A stretch of 64,000 bases of DNA from Prorocentrum cordatum (taxonomy: Eukaryota): contig CAUYUJ010000153.1 in assembly GCA_963575745.1 (NCBI GenBank), forward strand, positions 1 to 64,000. Reading direction: 5' to 3'. Positions 50,931-64,000 of this stretch are shown here, one piece after another. The position numbers and the translations under genes were made by a program. Under the pieces are notes generated by a model. The model was not told the origin of the DNA. It ran no database searches and saw nothing but the letters and a program-made list of their open reading frames with translations. Numbering within the stretch: position 1 is the first letter of the stretch; every line of letters starts with the position of its first letter.

Positions 50931-52766
50931 CTAGCAGACTGCTGAGCGACAAATCATCCTCATGCGGCACATCGTCTCAAACTCGGGCGTGACAGGCATT
51001 AGCAGCGCATGCATGAGAACCCCTCCTACAACTGCAGCGTTCATCGCGTTCCCACTTTGCGCTTTCATTGTGTCGCGCATCCGGCCGTGGCGAACGAAGT
51101 TAAAGGAGCAACAGGTGCGCGGCACGCACTCGCAAGGGAAAACTGGAAAGCCTTGGCTCGCAAGCACCTCTGTGGGAGTCAGCCAACGAAAATGGCACCA
51201 CGTTATCCCAGCTCGTTTCAGGATCGCGTGCAAACCGCCGTCGTCTCTGTTATGCGAGCCAAACCCGCTCAAGGGGTTCTGATTCAACTGGTATGACCCA
51301 CCAGCGCCGTACTCAGCCTCGTAGCCCTCGAGCCACCTCTTCTCGGTTGCGCTGAAGGCGCGCCTGAAAGCGCCAGCCATTCCTGGCGTGAGTCGATCTG
51401 TATCTCCAGCGGCTGCACGTTCCGCCTGCACAGATGGCCGCGAAGTCGCCCAGTCCAGCTCGTCCTGGAGCTCGGCGTCGTCGGCGAACAAGAACGCGTG
51501 GAAGTCGACGCGGCACGGGCAGTGCAATCGCAGCATGAACGTGGGCAGTGGCGCGACGGGCGGCATCGTGAAACTGTTGCGCCGCATCACTGTGTATCTA
51601 CGAGCCCTGTGCGCCGGCCACCCGAAGTCGAAGGCATCGCCCGCGAAGTCCGAATCGATCTCATAGAGGTCGCCTAGAAGAACACGGAGGAACGTCACAT
51701 CGAATCCCCTAACATTTTCTTGAACAACAACTGCCTCCTGGAGCTTGCGCCTAAGCGCGCACCAACACAATGTGTCCACGATCGTCTTACCACGCGCTCC
51801 ATCGCCGTCGCCATACTGACTCCAGTCAGGACAAGGTGTCCCAGCCACGTGCACAAACGCTGTCTTGAGGAAGCACATGCGCGTGTGCGTCAAGCACCTA
51901 CCCTTGATGCGCACCGATCGCCCCGATTGGATTGCTTCCTGGAGCTGCTCAACTGCATCACCCGACCGGTCGCGAAGGGCCTCGATTGTGGGCTGAAGCT
52001 CTGGTGCCCAAAAGTTGGATATGTCGCCGAAGTGGCACGAATCACTCAGCGTCGACATGGGGTGATGCCGAAGTTCGGCGAGAGCGTGTGTATCCCACTC
52101 GATGCAATGCAATAGGCGGGGCAGTGCTACGTCGGCTCCGTGTTGAGCGCGCAACTCAGCCACTAGCATCATGATTGAGGTCTCTGGCGTGCCAACGCCA
52201 CTGAAGGAAGTAGAAATCGTCGCGTATGATAAGCGGTCGATGAAGGTAGCAGCGTTGGGCAACGTGCCCAGCCAGTCGGCCGGCCACCCATGCGCCTCAC
52301 AGAGGCTCTTCACCGAACGGTTGCGGCACCTGACGCCAGATCGCCCGCACGGGCGCGGCAGAGGCGGCGGAGGAGGTTCTGCCACGGCGGGCGTCCTTGA
52401 CGCACTCGCCGAAGTCGACGTTGCCGCAGCACCGTCCACCACCACCTGCGATCGCGGCCCCTGCGAGCCATCGCCAGCGGGCAGAGGGGCGCTGGCGGCG
52501 CTGCACGCCGGCGCCGCAGCCGCGGCCGCGGCCAAAGTTGGCGCCACAGGCTGCGGCGGCAGCGATGGCGGCGGCGGTGGCCCCAGCTCTGCCACGGCAC
52601 CAGGCGGCGGCGCGGCGGCATCCGTCTCGCCCGCGAGCTCCAGCGGCAACGCGTGCTCTGCGACCACCTCGCTCGCGACCAGTGGCGCTGGCGGCGCGGG
52701 CTGCGGCAGCATCTCCGGCGATGGGCACAGCTCCTCCACCGCGGCACCTGGCGGCAGCGCGGCCAC
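50931..52766 (-). CDS. C5-cytosine DNA methyltransferase, catalytic motifs intact
   Basis: Motif I SFSGVG; II CIEWD; III GDI; CLTHTRMC insert; IV AGTPCPDWS; VI QENV; VIII GWPAHRARRY; IX RWLTPTEVLASQGFP; X SGNAM. Confidence 0.92.
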   Translation of the reverse strand: MAALPPGAAVEELCPSPEMLPQPAPPAPLVASEVVAEHALPLELAGETDAAAPPPGAVAELGPPPPPSLPPQPVAPTLAAAAAAAPACSAASAPLPAGDGSQGPRSQVVVDGAAATSTSASASRTPAVAEPPPPPLPRPCGRSGVRCRNRSVKSLCEAHGWPADWLGTLPNAATFIDRLSYATISTSFSGVGTPETSIMMLVAELRAQHGADVALPRLLHCIEWDTHALAELRHHPMSTLSDSCHFGDISNFWAPELQPTIEALRDRSGDAVEQLQEAIQSGRSVRIKGRCLTHTRMCFLKTAFVHVAGTPCPDWSQYGDGDGARGKTIVDTLCWCALRRKLQEAVVVQENVRGFDVTFLRVLLGDLYEIDSDFAGDAFDFGWPAHRARRYTVMRRNSFTMPPVAPLPTFMLRLHCPCRVDFHAFLFADDAELQDELDWATSRPSVQAERAAAGDTDRLTPGMAGAFRRAFSATEKRWLEGYEAEYGAGGSYQLNQNPLSGFGSHNRDDGGLHAILKRAGITWCHFRWLTPTEVLASQGFPVFPCECVPRTCCSFNFVRHGRMRDTMKAQSGNAMNAAVVGGVLMHALLMPVTPEFETMCRMRMICRSAVC

Positions 52767-52774
52767 GTCGGCGT

Positions 52775-53794
52775 CGCAGGCTGCGGCGGCGGCGCCGGCG
52801 ATGCGCCCAGCTCATCCTCCACCACAGCATCTGGCGGCGGCGCGGCGACATCCATATCGCCCTCGAGCTCCAGCTGCTCCGCAACAATCCCGCTCGCGGC
52901 CAGTGGTACAGGCGGCGCGGGCAGCGGCGATGGCGGTGGCAGCGAGCCCCGCTCTGCCGCGGCGCATGGCACAGCTGCAGGTGCAACGCCCTCGTCGCGT
53001 GCGGTGGCGGCGGCTGACGCAGCTGCAGCGGGCGCGGCAGTTGCCGGCTCGGCGCAGCCGTCCGTCGGCATGGCTGCGTCGCATCCAGCCGAAGCGCCAC
53101 CGTCAGCAACAGGGGCGCGAGCAGCACCGAGCACGTCTGTCAAAGTGCGCTGGTTGTTAAGCAACCGTGCCTGGCCAATCAGCGTGACAACGCCAGGCTG
53201 CTGTGATACATCTGATGGCAACGGTACTAGTTGAGATATTTTCATGCCGTCGATGCGCACGATGTCTTCTAAGTGCCAATACCACCACGTGGCGCCAGGG
53301 TAATCTGACATCACGGCGGTCGATTCTCGCACATTGGACAAGTGGTGCGAGCTGAAGCAGTCCAACGTGGCAGGGTCGAATGGTGAAGAGCCTGTCGCTG
53401 AGCAGCGGAGGACGACGGATACTGACATACCAGTGCCAGTGGCGCGTGGCGTTGCCAGGAACACTTCGTTCTCATGATAATCGCCGAGCGTGTTGATGTC
53501 ATCTGGGACGTCGCACGGGAAGGGCAGCCACAGGTCGTCAAGTTTGTTGACCTTAGCCCGCAATAACAAAGCGTCGATATGTGACAGCGACCCTGCACAC
53601 ACTACCAAGCGAACGGTACGCCCTGTGTCGGACCGAAGAGCACATGAGAGCAGTGTCAAGGGCAGCCATTCTGGCGGCTTAACAGCGGCAGTGGAAGGCG
53701 CGGGTGTCGATCTGGCCTTGGCCTTGGCTCTGCCTTTGGCAGCGCCCTTGGTGCATTTGGCCTTGCATGGGCTGCTGGTGCGCTTCTTACCCAT
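52775..53794 (-). CDS. Probable N-terminal part of the methyltransferase gene: basic N-terminus, ASCH/PUA-like domain, Pro/Ala repeat linker
   Basis: MGKKRT...KAKAK; EVFLATP...VVLRC...SSHHLSNV...YPGATWWYWHLEDIVR...QPGVV; linker repeat (DVAAPPP.AVVEELG) continues into the MTase frame across a frameshift at ~52775. Confidence 0.55.
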
Positions 53795-53820
53795 GTGATG
53801 CAAACGTGGGTGCCACGAAA

Positions 53821-53845
53821 CTGAGCCACAAGAAACGGCTACGGA
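53821..53845 (-). other. DinoSL-like relic
   Basis: Minus strand TCCGTAGCCgTTTcttgTGGCTCAG, 26 nt before ATG at 53794. Confidence 0.75.
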
Positions 53846-54249
53846 TCATGCGATATAGTGTGATGGCTGTTGTTGTTGTTGGTGTTGTTGCTGTTGTTAG
53901 GGTGTGATGCGGGACCCAGGGAACATTATCCAGGGATGCCGATCTCTGCTCTGCCTATTGAAAGTGGGTCTTCGAATTTCCTTCCGGCGAGAAGTTCCCC
54001 GCACCCAGGATCATCCGAATGCAATGGACGCTAAGGGTAGTGTGTATGACGATACGTATCCTAGAGCGTCCGTCGTGTCAGACAGGCTTCCAGCACGTGG
54101 AACCAAGCACGTCGACATGATATTGTGATGTTGAGACCGTGGTGCTATAGCAGTTGTTTTGAACATACCATCACTCCTGTATCATACCATTGGTTTACAA
54201 TACCATAACATTGCATGTGTGCTTACATTACATGCGTAGCAGGTATCGC

Positions 54250-56095
54250 GCGTGGAGGCGACGTCTCCACACGCACTGGTGCATGGAGTTAAATCGACTA
54301 TGTGGAGACGCGAGTCTCCGCATCGCATGCGGAGACACCTGTCTCCACGCCACAGTGTGGAGACACGTGTCTCCACGCTGCATGTGGAGACGCCCATCTC
54401 CACACCACCATGTGGAGACAAGAATCTCCACGCCAGCTGCGGAGACACCTGTCTCTGCACCGACGTGTGGAGACACGAGTCTCCACGCCGGTGTGGAGAC
54501 ACACGTCTCCACGCCACACGTGGAGACGGGTGTCTCCACGTCATGCGTGGAGACGCCTGTCTCCGCACCGCACGTGGAGCCGCGTGTCTGGCGTGGAGAC
54601 ACGAGTCTCCGCATCACCTGTGGGGACACGAGTCTCCGCACCACATATCTCCGCACCACCTGTCGGGTGCGGGGACAGGAGTCTCCACACCACATGTGGA
54701 GACACATGTCTCCACACCATCTGCGGAGACGGGTGTCTCCACGCCATGCGTGGAGACGCCTGCCTCCGCACCACATGTGGGGACACGAGTCTCCACGCCG
54801 CATGTCGCCGCACCACCTGCCGGGTGCGGGGGCAGGAGTCTCCACACCACACGTGGAGACACATGTCTCCACGTCACATGCGGAGACGGGCGTCTCCACG
54901 CCATGCGTGGAGACGCATGTCTCCGCGCCCCATGCGGGGACACGCGTCTGGTGTGGAGACGCGAGTCTCCACGCCACATGCGGAGACACGTGTCTCCACA
55001 CCACATGTCGCCGTGCCACCTGCATGGCGTGGATACACGAGTATCCACGCCACCTGTGGGCACACATGCCTCCGCACCGTCACGTGGAGACTCGAGTCTC
55101 CACATCACACGTGGAGACACGTGTCTCCACACTCTGCGCGGAGATACTGACCTACACATCGCACGTGGGGATGCCTGTCTCCGCGCCAACATGCGAAGAC
55201 ACGAGCCTCCACACCAGCTGCGGAGACACCTGTCTCTGCACCGACGTGTGGAGACACGAGTGTCCACGCCGGTGTGGAGACACACGTCTCCAAGCCACAC
55301 GTGGAGACGGGTGTCTCCACGTCATGCGTGGAGACGCCTGTCTCCGCACCACACGTGGAGCCGCGTGTCTGGCGTGGAGACACGAGTCTCCACATCACCT
55401 GTGGGGACACGAGTCTCCACACCACCTGTCTCCGCACCACCTGTCGGGTGCGGGGACAGGAGTCTCCACGCCACATGTGGAGACACATGTCTCCACACCA
55501 TCTGCGGAGACGGGTGTCTCCACGCCATGCGTGGAGACGCCTGTCTCCGCACCACATGTGGGGACACGAGTCTCCACACCACATGTCGCCGCACCACCTG
55601 CCGGGTGCGGGGGCAGGAGTCTCCACACCACATGTGGAGACACATGTCTCCACGTCACATGCGGAGACGGGCGTCTCCACGCCATGCGTGGAGACGCATG
55701 TATCCGCACCCCATGCGGGGACACGCGTCTGGTGTGGAGACGCGAGTCTCCACACCACATGTGGAGACGCGTGTCTCCACACCACATGTCGCAGTGCCAC
55801 CTGTATGGCGTGGAGACACGAGTATCCACGCCTCCTGTGGGGACACATGCCTCCGCACCGTCACGTGGAGACTCGAGTCTCCACATCACACGTGGAGACA
55901 CGTGTCTCCACACTCTGCGCGGAGATACTGACCTACACATCGCACGTGGGGATGCATGTCTCCGCGTCAACACGTGGATACACGAGCCTCCACACCGAGT
56001 GTCTCCGCATGATGGCGTGGAGTTACGTGTCTCAGCGCATGATGCGAAGACGCGTGTATATGCGTGGTGACGCGGAGCCTCGCGTATCCACATGA
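54250..56095. repeat. Palindromic satellite of GTGGAGAC-N4-GTCTCCAC units with a 781 bp higher-order duplication
   Basis: Dozens of ~26 bp units; CAGCTGCGGAGACACCTGTCTCTGCACCGACG at 54434 and 55215. Confidence 0.93.
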
Positions 56096-56171
56096 TGGAC
56101 GACGACTTGTATTGGGGTTCGTCTTTTTTTTTGTACTGGCCCATGAATATATTTTGTCGTGTTGAGCTGGC

Positions 56172-56556
56172 GCCCTCTTAGAGCTCTCTTGGGGCTGCAA
56201 GATGCCTCCAGGAAGGTTCCAAGAGGCCCCCAAGAGGGCCCCACACCTTGTCACGAACAAGGGCCTTGTTCGTGACAAGATGTTGGGCCCTCTTGGGGGG
56301 CTCTTGGAGCCCTTTGGGGGCCCTCTTAGAGCTCTCTTGGGGCTGCAAGAGGCCTCCAGGAGGGTTCCAAGAGGCCCCCAAGAGGGCCCGACACCTTGTC
56401 ACGAACAAGGGCCTTGTTCGTGACAAGGTGTTGGGCCCTCTTGGGGGTGCTCTTGGAGCCCTTTGGGGGCCCTCTTAGAGCTCCCTTCGGGCTGCAAGAG
56501 GCCTCCAGGAGGGTTCCAAGAGGCCCCCAAGAGGGCCCGACACCTTGTCACGAACA
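56172..56556. repeat. 148 bp tandem repeat (2.6 copies) with a long internal palindrome
   Basis: CTTGTCACGAACAAGG-G-CCTTGTTCGTGACAAG core; units at ~56172, 56320 and 56468. Confidence 0.9.
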
Positions 56557-56560
56557 ACGC

Positions 56561-57186
56561 AAAAGGGTGAGGGCGTCAAACACTGAGGGGCGATACTCAG
56601 GCAAATGATTGAAATTTGCCTGAGCATCGCCCCTCAGTGTTTTTCGCCCTCACCCTTTTCCAGCCCTGAGGGATGCTGGCACCAGGACTGCGCCGACCTC
56701 TAGGACAATAAGGCAATTGGCGATGGTGCTATAAAGGCTAAGGGGGTGCAGGGCTAAAGGCATATCGCGAAAACGCTGCAGGGCGATACTCAGGCAAATT
56801 TTTGCAATTTGCCTGAGCATCGCCCCTCAGTGTTTTTCGCCCTCACCCTTTTCCAGCCCTGAGGAATGCTGGCGCCAGGACTGCGCCGACCTCTAAGACA
56901 ATAAGGCAATAGTCTACAAGGCGATGGTGCTATAAGGCTAAGGGGTTACAGGGCTAAAGGCATATCGCGAAAACGCTGCAGGGCGATGCCCAGGCAAATT
57001 TTTGAAATTTGCCTGAGCATCGCCCCTCAGTGTTTTTCGCCCTCACCCTTTTCCAGCCCTGAGGGATGCTGGCACCAGGACTGCGCCGACCTCTAGGACA
57101 ATAAGGTAATAGTCTACAAGGCGATGGTGCTATAAGGCTAAGGGGTTACAGGGCTAAAGGCATATCGCGAAAACGCTGCAGGGCGA
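56561..57186. repeat. ~200 bp tandem repeat (3 copies), each with a hairpin
   Basis: GGGCGATACTCAGGCAAAT..ATTTGCCTGAGCATCGCCC at ~56588, 56781 and 56981. Confidence 0.92.
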
Positions 57187-57309
57187 CAACAGCACAGCGC
57201 AGTGTCAACGGCGCAGTGTCAACAGCGCAGTGTCAACAGCGCAGTGTCAATTCACTCATTTAACGCAGTGTCAACAGCGCAGTGTCAATTCACCGTTAAG
57301 AGCCCCCTT

Positions 57310-57780
<471 letters not shown>

Positions 57781-58205
57781 GACAAGTAGGCGGACCAGGG
57801 CCCGTCCGCGAGGCGCACTGCGGCGCGACAACTCGCTAAACACTATTTGCGGCGGTGCAGCCTTGAGAAACGAGGGCGGGCAACACAAACCCCCTCCCCC
57901 GGCGCAGTGCGACAGACGCTACAGACGGCGGACAGACGGTGAAGATCTCACCTGTCAGACCGCGTGAAGAAAGAGGCCCCAACAAGAAAGGCGACGTGCT
58001 GACACGTGGCTAGGCGGCTTGGCAGACCGCCAGTTGGGCGCTTGGCCGCAAGGCGGCGCGCAGTGACGGGGCACCCCCCGCCCCCACGCCCTGACCCCGT
58101 GGACGCGGAGCCACGCGTACGCACGGGCAGGCAGAAAGGAGGAGACTAGTGCGGGGCACCAGGTGGAGCGCCGCGGAACGATGACAGCATAGCTTGGATG
58201 GTGAG

Positions 58206-59168
58206 TCACGGCACGGCACCATCGGGCGAGGGCGCAAGCAGCTCGGCGAAGGCTCGCCCGGCGCTGTGGAGGCGCTGGAGTAGAGGGCCTTGACGGGCTT
58301 CAGCGGCGGCAAGGTCCGCGGCGAGAGCAGCGCACCTCTGCTGGAGAGCGGCCATGGCCTGGGACAGCTCGGTTTCGCGGTCGGTGAGGGGAGGTTGCTC
58401 AGTGCCAGCGGCTGCGGGCCTCGTGACAGGGGTGTGGTCCTCGGTACGCCTGGCCAGGTGGTGGACTAGCGTAGTACGGCACCCCGTATGCAGACGTACG
58501 TCACCCTTGAAAGGTGACTGAAGGGGAGCACGCGGCCCCAGGGCTGGAGCCGCTAGGGTCAAGCCCCGAGAGGTCGGAAGAGCTGCGTCCTCTCGCTCAG
58601 CAACGATGGAAGCGTGGGCGGGGTGCGAGGGCCTGCCTGGTTCAGTGCCCTGCGGGGGGGCTGAAGCCGCCCCCGCGGGCTGCCGCTGGTGGGGGGGGCG
58701 GAATGGTTTGCGCGGTGGGGCCAATCCTGATGCCGCGAGGGCTCTGAGGCCAGCCGCGTAGGGGTGGCGCCTCGATAGGGCGGCATGGTCGGCAGTGTGG
58801 GATGTCGGCGGTGCGTCGTCAATGCCACTTAGTCCGCGGGGGTCACCCTGGTCGTCGTCGGCGTCTTGGCGGTGACCGATATCGACATATGGGAGCGATG
58901 TCGCTCTCGGAGACGGAGTCGCGGTAGGCGTCGAGAGGTTGCCCGACGGGGCAGGGTTGTCGCTGGCTGGGCCGTCGTCCAAGACGTCCAATCCCCCACC
59001 GAAGCTGAACGGGTCGTCCTCCTGTTCGTCAGCGTCTTGGGGGTGAGCGGCGTCGTCATGTGGGTGCGGTGCCGCACTCGGTGGCGGCGTCGAGGGCTTC
59101 GCGCGGATGCCCGACGGGGCAAGGTTGGCGCTGGCTGGCCCGTCGCCTAGGAAGTCAAGTCCCCCGCC
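58206..59168 (-). other. Unclassified ORF segment with internal repeat (GGGLD.L.DGPAS.N.APSG x2)
   Basis: Open frame with duplicated acidic motif, flanked by (GA)n; no recognisable domain. Confidence 0.3.
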
Positions 59169-59203
<35 letters not shown>

Positions 59204-59498
59204 GAAAGAAAGAGAGAAAGAGAGAAAGAGAGAAAGAGAGAAAGAGAGAAAGAGAGAAAGAGAGAAAGAAGAAAGAGAGAAAGAGGAAAAGAGAGAAGAG
59301 AGAGAGAAAGAGAGAAAAGAGAGAAAGAGAGAAAGAAGAGAAGAGAGAAAGAGGAGAAAGAGAGAAAGAGAGAAAGAGAGAAAGAGAGAAGGAGAGAGGA
59401 GAAAGAGAGAGAGAAGAGAGAAGGAGAGAAAGAGAAAGAGAGAAAGAGAGAAAGAGAGGAAGAGAGAGGAAAAAGAGAGAAAGACGAGAAAGAGAGGA

Positions 59499-59571
<73 letters not shown>

Positions 59572-59601
59572 GAGAGAGAGAGATGAGAGAGAGAGAGAGA
59601 C

Positions 59602-59675
<74 letters not shown>

Positions 59676-59727
59676 GAGAGAAGAGTGAGAGAGCGAGAGA
59701 GAGAGAGAGAGAAGAGAGAGAGGAGAG

Positions 59728-59780
<53 letters not shown>

Positions 59781-59819
59781 GAGAGAGAGAGAGAGAGAGA
59801 GGAAACAACAAAAAGAGAG

Positions 59820-59939
<120 letters not shown>

Positions 59940-60289
59940 CAAGCTGGGCGCTCTCGTGCCACAGTGTGCGTATCTGACATCCTGTCCGCCCCCTCCCACC
60001 CATCCCTTCCCGTTGCGCCGACGTGGTTTGCATCCGCGAACGCGTGGCAGAGCGGACCCGGAACGTCCCAGCAGGGCGTCATCGCGTGGTGCGCAATCGG
60101 GAAGGGGAGCTGAGCAGGAAGAAAATAATGATGAAGAGGAAGGCGGGGGAGTGACGAGGACGAGGGCGCACGTCATGCAGCAGCGGACTTCAACCTCGAT
60201 AACCTCGATAGCTGACTTCAACTTCGCAGGGAGTAGCGGATTGAGTAAGCGTTGCTTGCTCGGGGCACCATCACCATCCCATCGGTTCG

Positions 60290-60326
<37 letters not shown>

Positions 60327-61020
60327 GCACGGCGCGTCCCTCCTCCCCTCCTCCTCCTGTTTCCCCTCCTCCTCCTCATCCTCCTCATCCTCCTCCTTCC
60401 CCCCCTCCTCCTCTCCTCCTCCTCCTCCTCCTCCTCCTGCTCCTCCTCCTCCTCCTACTCTTCCTCCTCCCCCTCCTCCTCCTCCTCCTCCTCCTCCTCC
60501 TCCTCCTCCTCCTCCCCCTCCTCCTCCCCCCCAGTCAGCCGGGCGGCGGTCGGGAGCGGCGCCGCTCCTACGCCAGGCAGAGCCCGAGGCCCTCCGAGCA
60601 GATCGCACACGGCAGAGCTGACCTGGCATGGACGGCCGCGGCGGGAGGGAGAGGGCGCACGGGAGGGGCGAATGAGGAGAGGAGGAGGAGAGGAGGAGGC
60701 AAGGCAAGGCAAGATGAGAATGAGCGAGGCAAGACAGAGAGGGAGGAAAGCTGCCGTTGAGGTCAAATTCTGTTTTCCCAATAAGAACCCAACTGGGAGG
60801 AGGAGGAGGAGGAGGAGGAGGAGGAGGAGGAGGAGGAGGAGGAGGAGGAGGAGGAGGGGGAGGGGGAGGCGGAGGTGGAAGAGGAGGAGGGAGGAGGAGA
60901 GAAGGACAAGGATGATCCAGGAGAGGAGGAGGCGATGAGGACGGAGGGAGGGCGAGACTCGGGGTGAGAGGCTAGAGGAGGGGGAAGGGGGAGACAGCAA
61001 ACACACAATCAATATCACAT

Positions 61021-63823
<2,803 letters not shown>

Positions 63824-64000
63824 CTGGGGCCGGCGGTGACGACGACTGCTCCCCTGCTCCTTGCCTGCCCCCGTCCCGCGTCGTCCCCCCCCCTCACCTC
63901 CCAAGCCCGCCTCCCCCCTCCGCCGCCTCCTCCACCCCCTCCATCCTCCACATTCCACCGACGTCGACCGACATTAAAGGCCCCAGGAGGGGGCCCCATG

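Noticed and set aside
54250..56095. CRISPR array
   Set aside because: Linkers are only ~6 nt and repetitive; no unique spacers or cas genes; eukaryotic context

Overview
GC-rich, microsatellite-laden eukaryotic DNA, most consistent with a dinoflagellate genome. Evidence: degenerate copies of the dinoflagellate spliced leader (DinoSL, DCCGTAGCCATTTTGGCTCAAG) and AG|G-flanked GT/GC-AG introns. Most ORF-track entries are translations of simple repeats. Real coding content is mobile-element-like and mostly frameshifted: (1) a decayed hAT-like DDE transposase (11.1-14.3 kb, -); (2) a 5'-truncated DIRS/PAT-type tyrosine-recombinase retrotransposon (31.0-38.4 kb, -) with RT, RNase H, a degenerate C5-methyltransferase fold, YR, an extra dsRBD-like ORF and split direct repeats; (3) a gene cluster starting exactly where that RT breaks (38.4-53.8 kb), with two distantly related ParB/Srx-like + SET-like genes, an unknown gene and an ASCH/PUA-like + catalytically intact C5 DNA methyltransferase; (4) several palindromic satellite arrays; (5) the 3' part of a second intron-containing hAT-like gene with a C-terminal Cys/His finger (61-64 kb, -). 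The most striking pattern is that all five genes with an identifiable start codon carry a genome-encoded DinoSL-like motif about 7-80 nt upstream of the ATG, and SL-like motifs also lie in the DIRS terminal segment. All domain calls are from motifs read by eye; no searches were run. Repeat boundaries are approximate.
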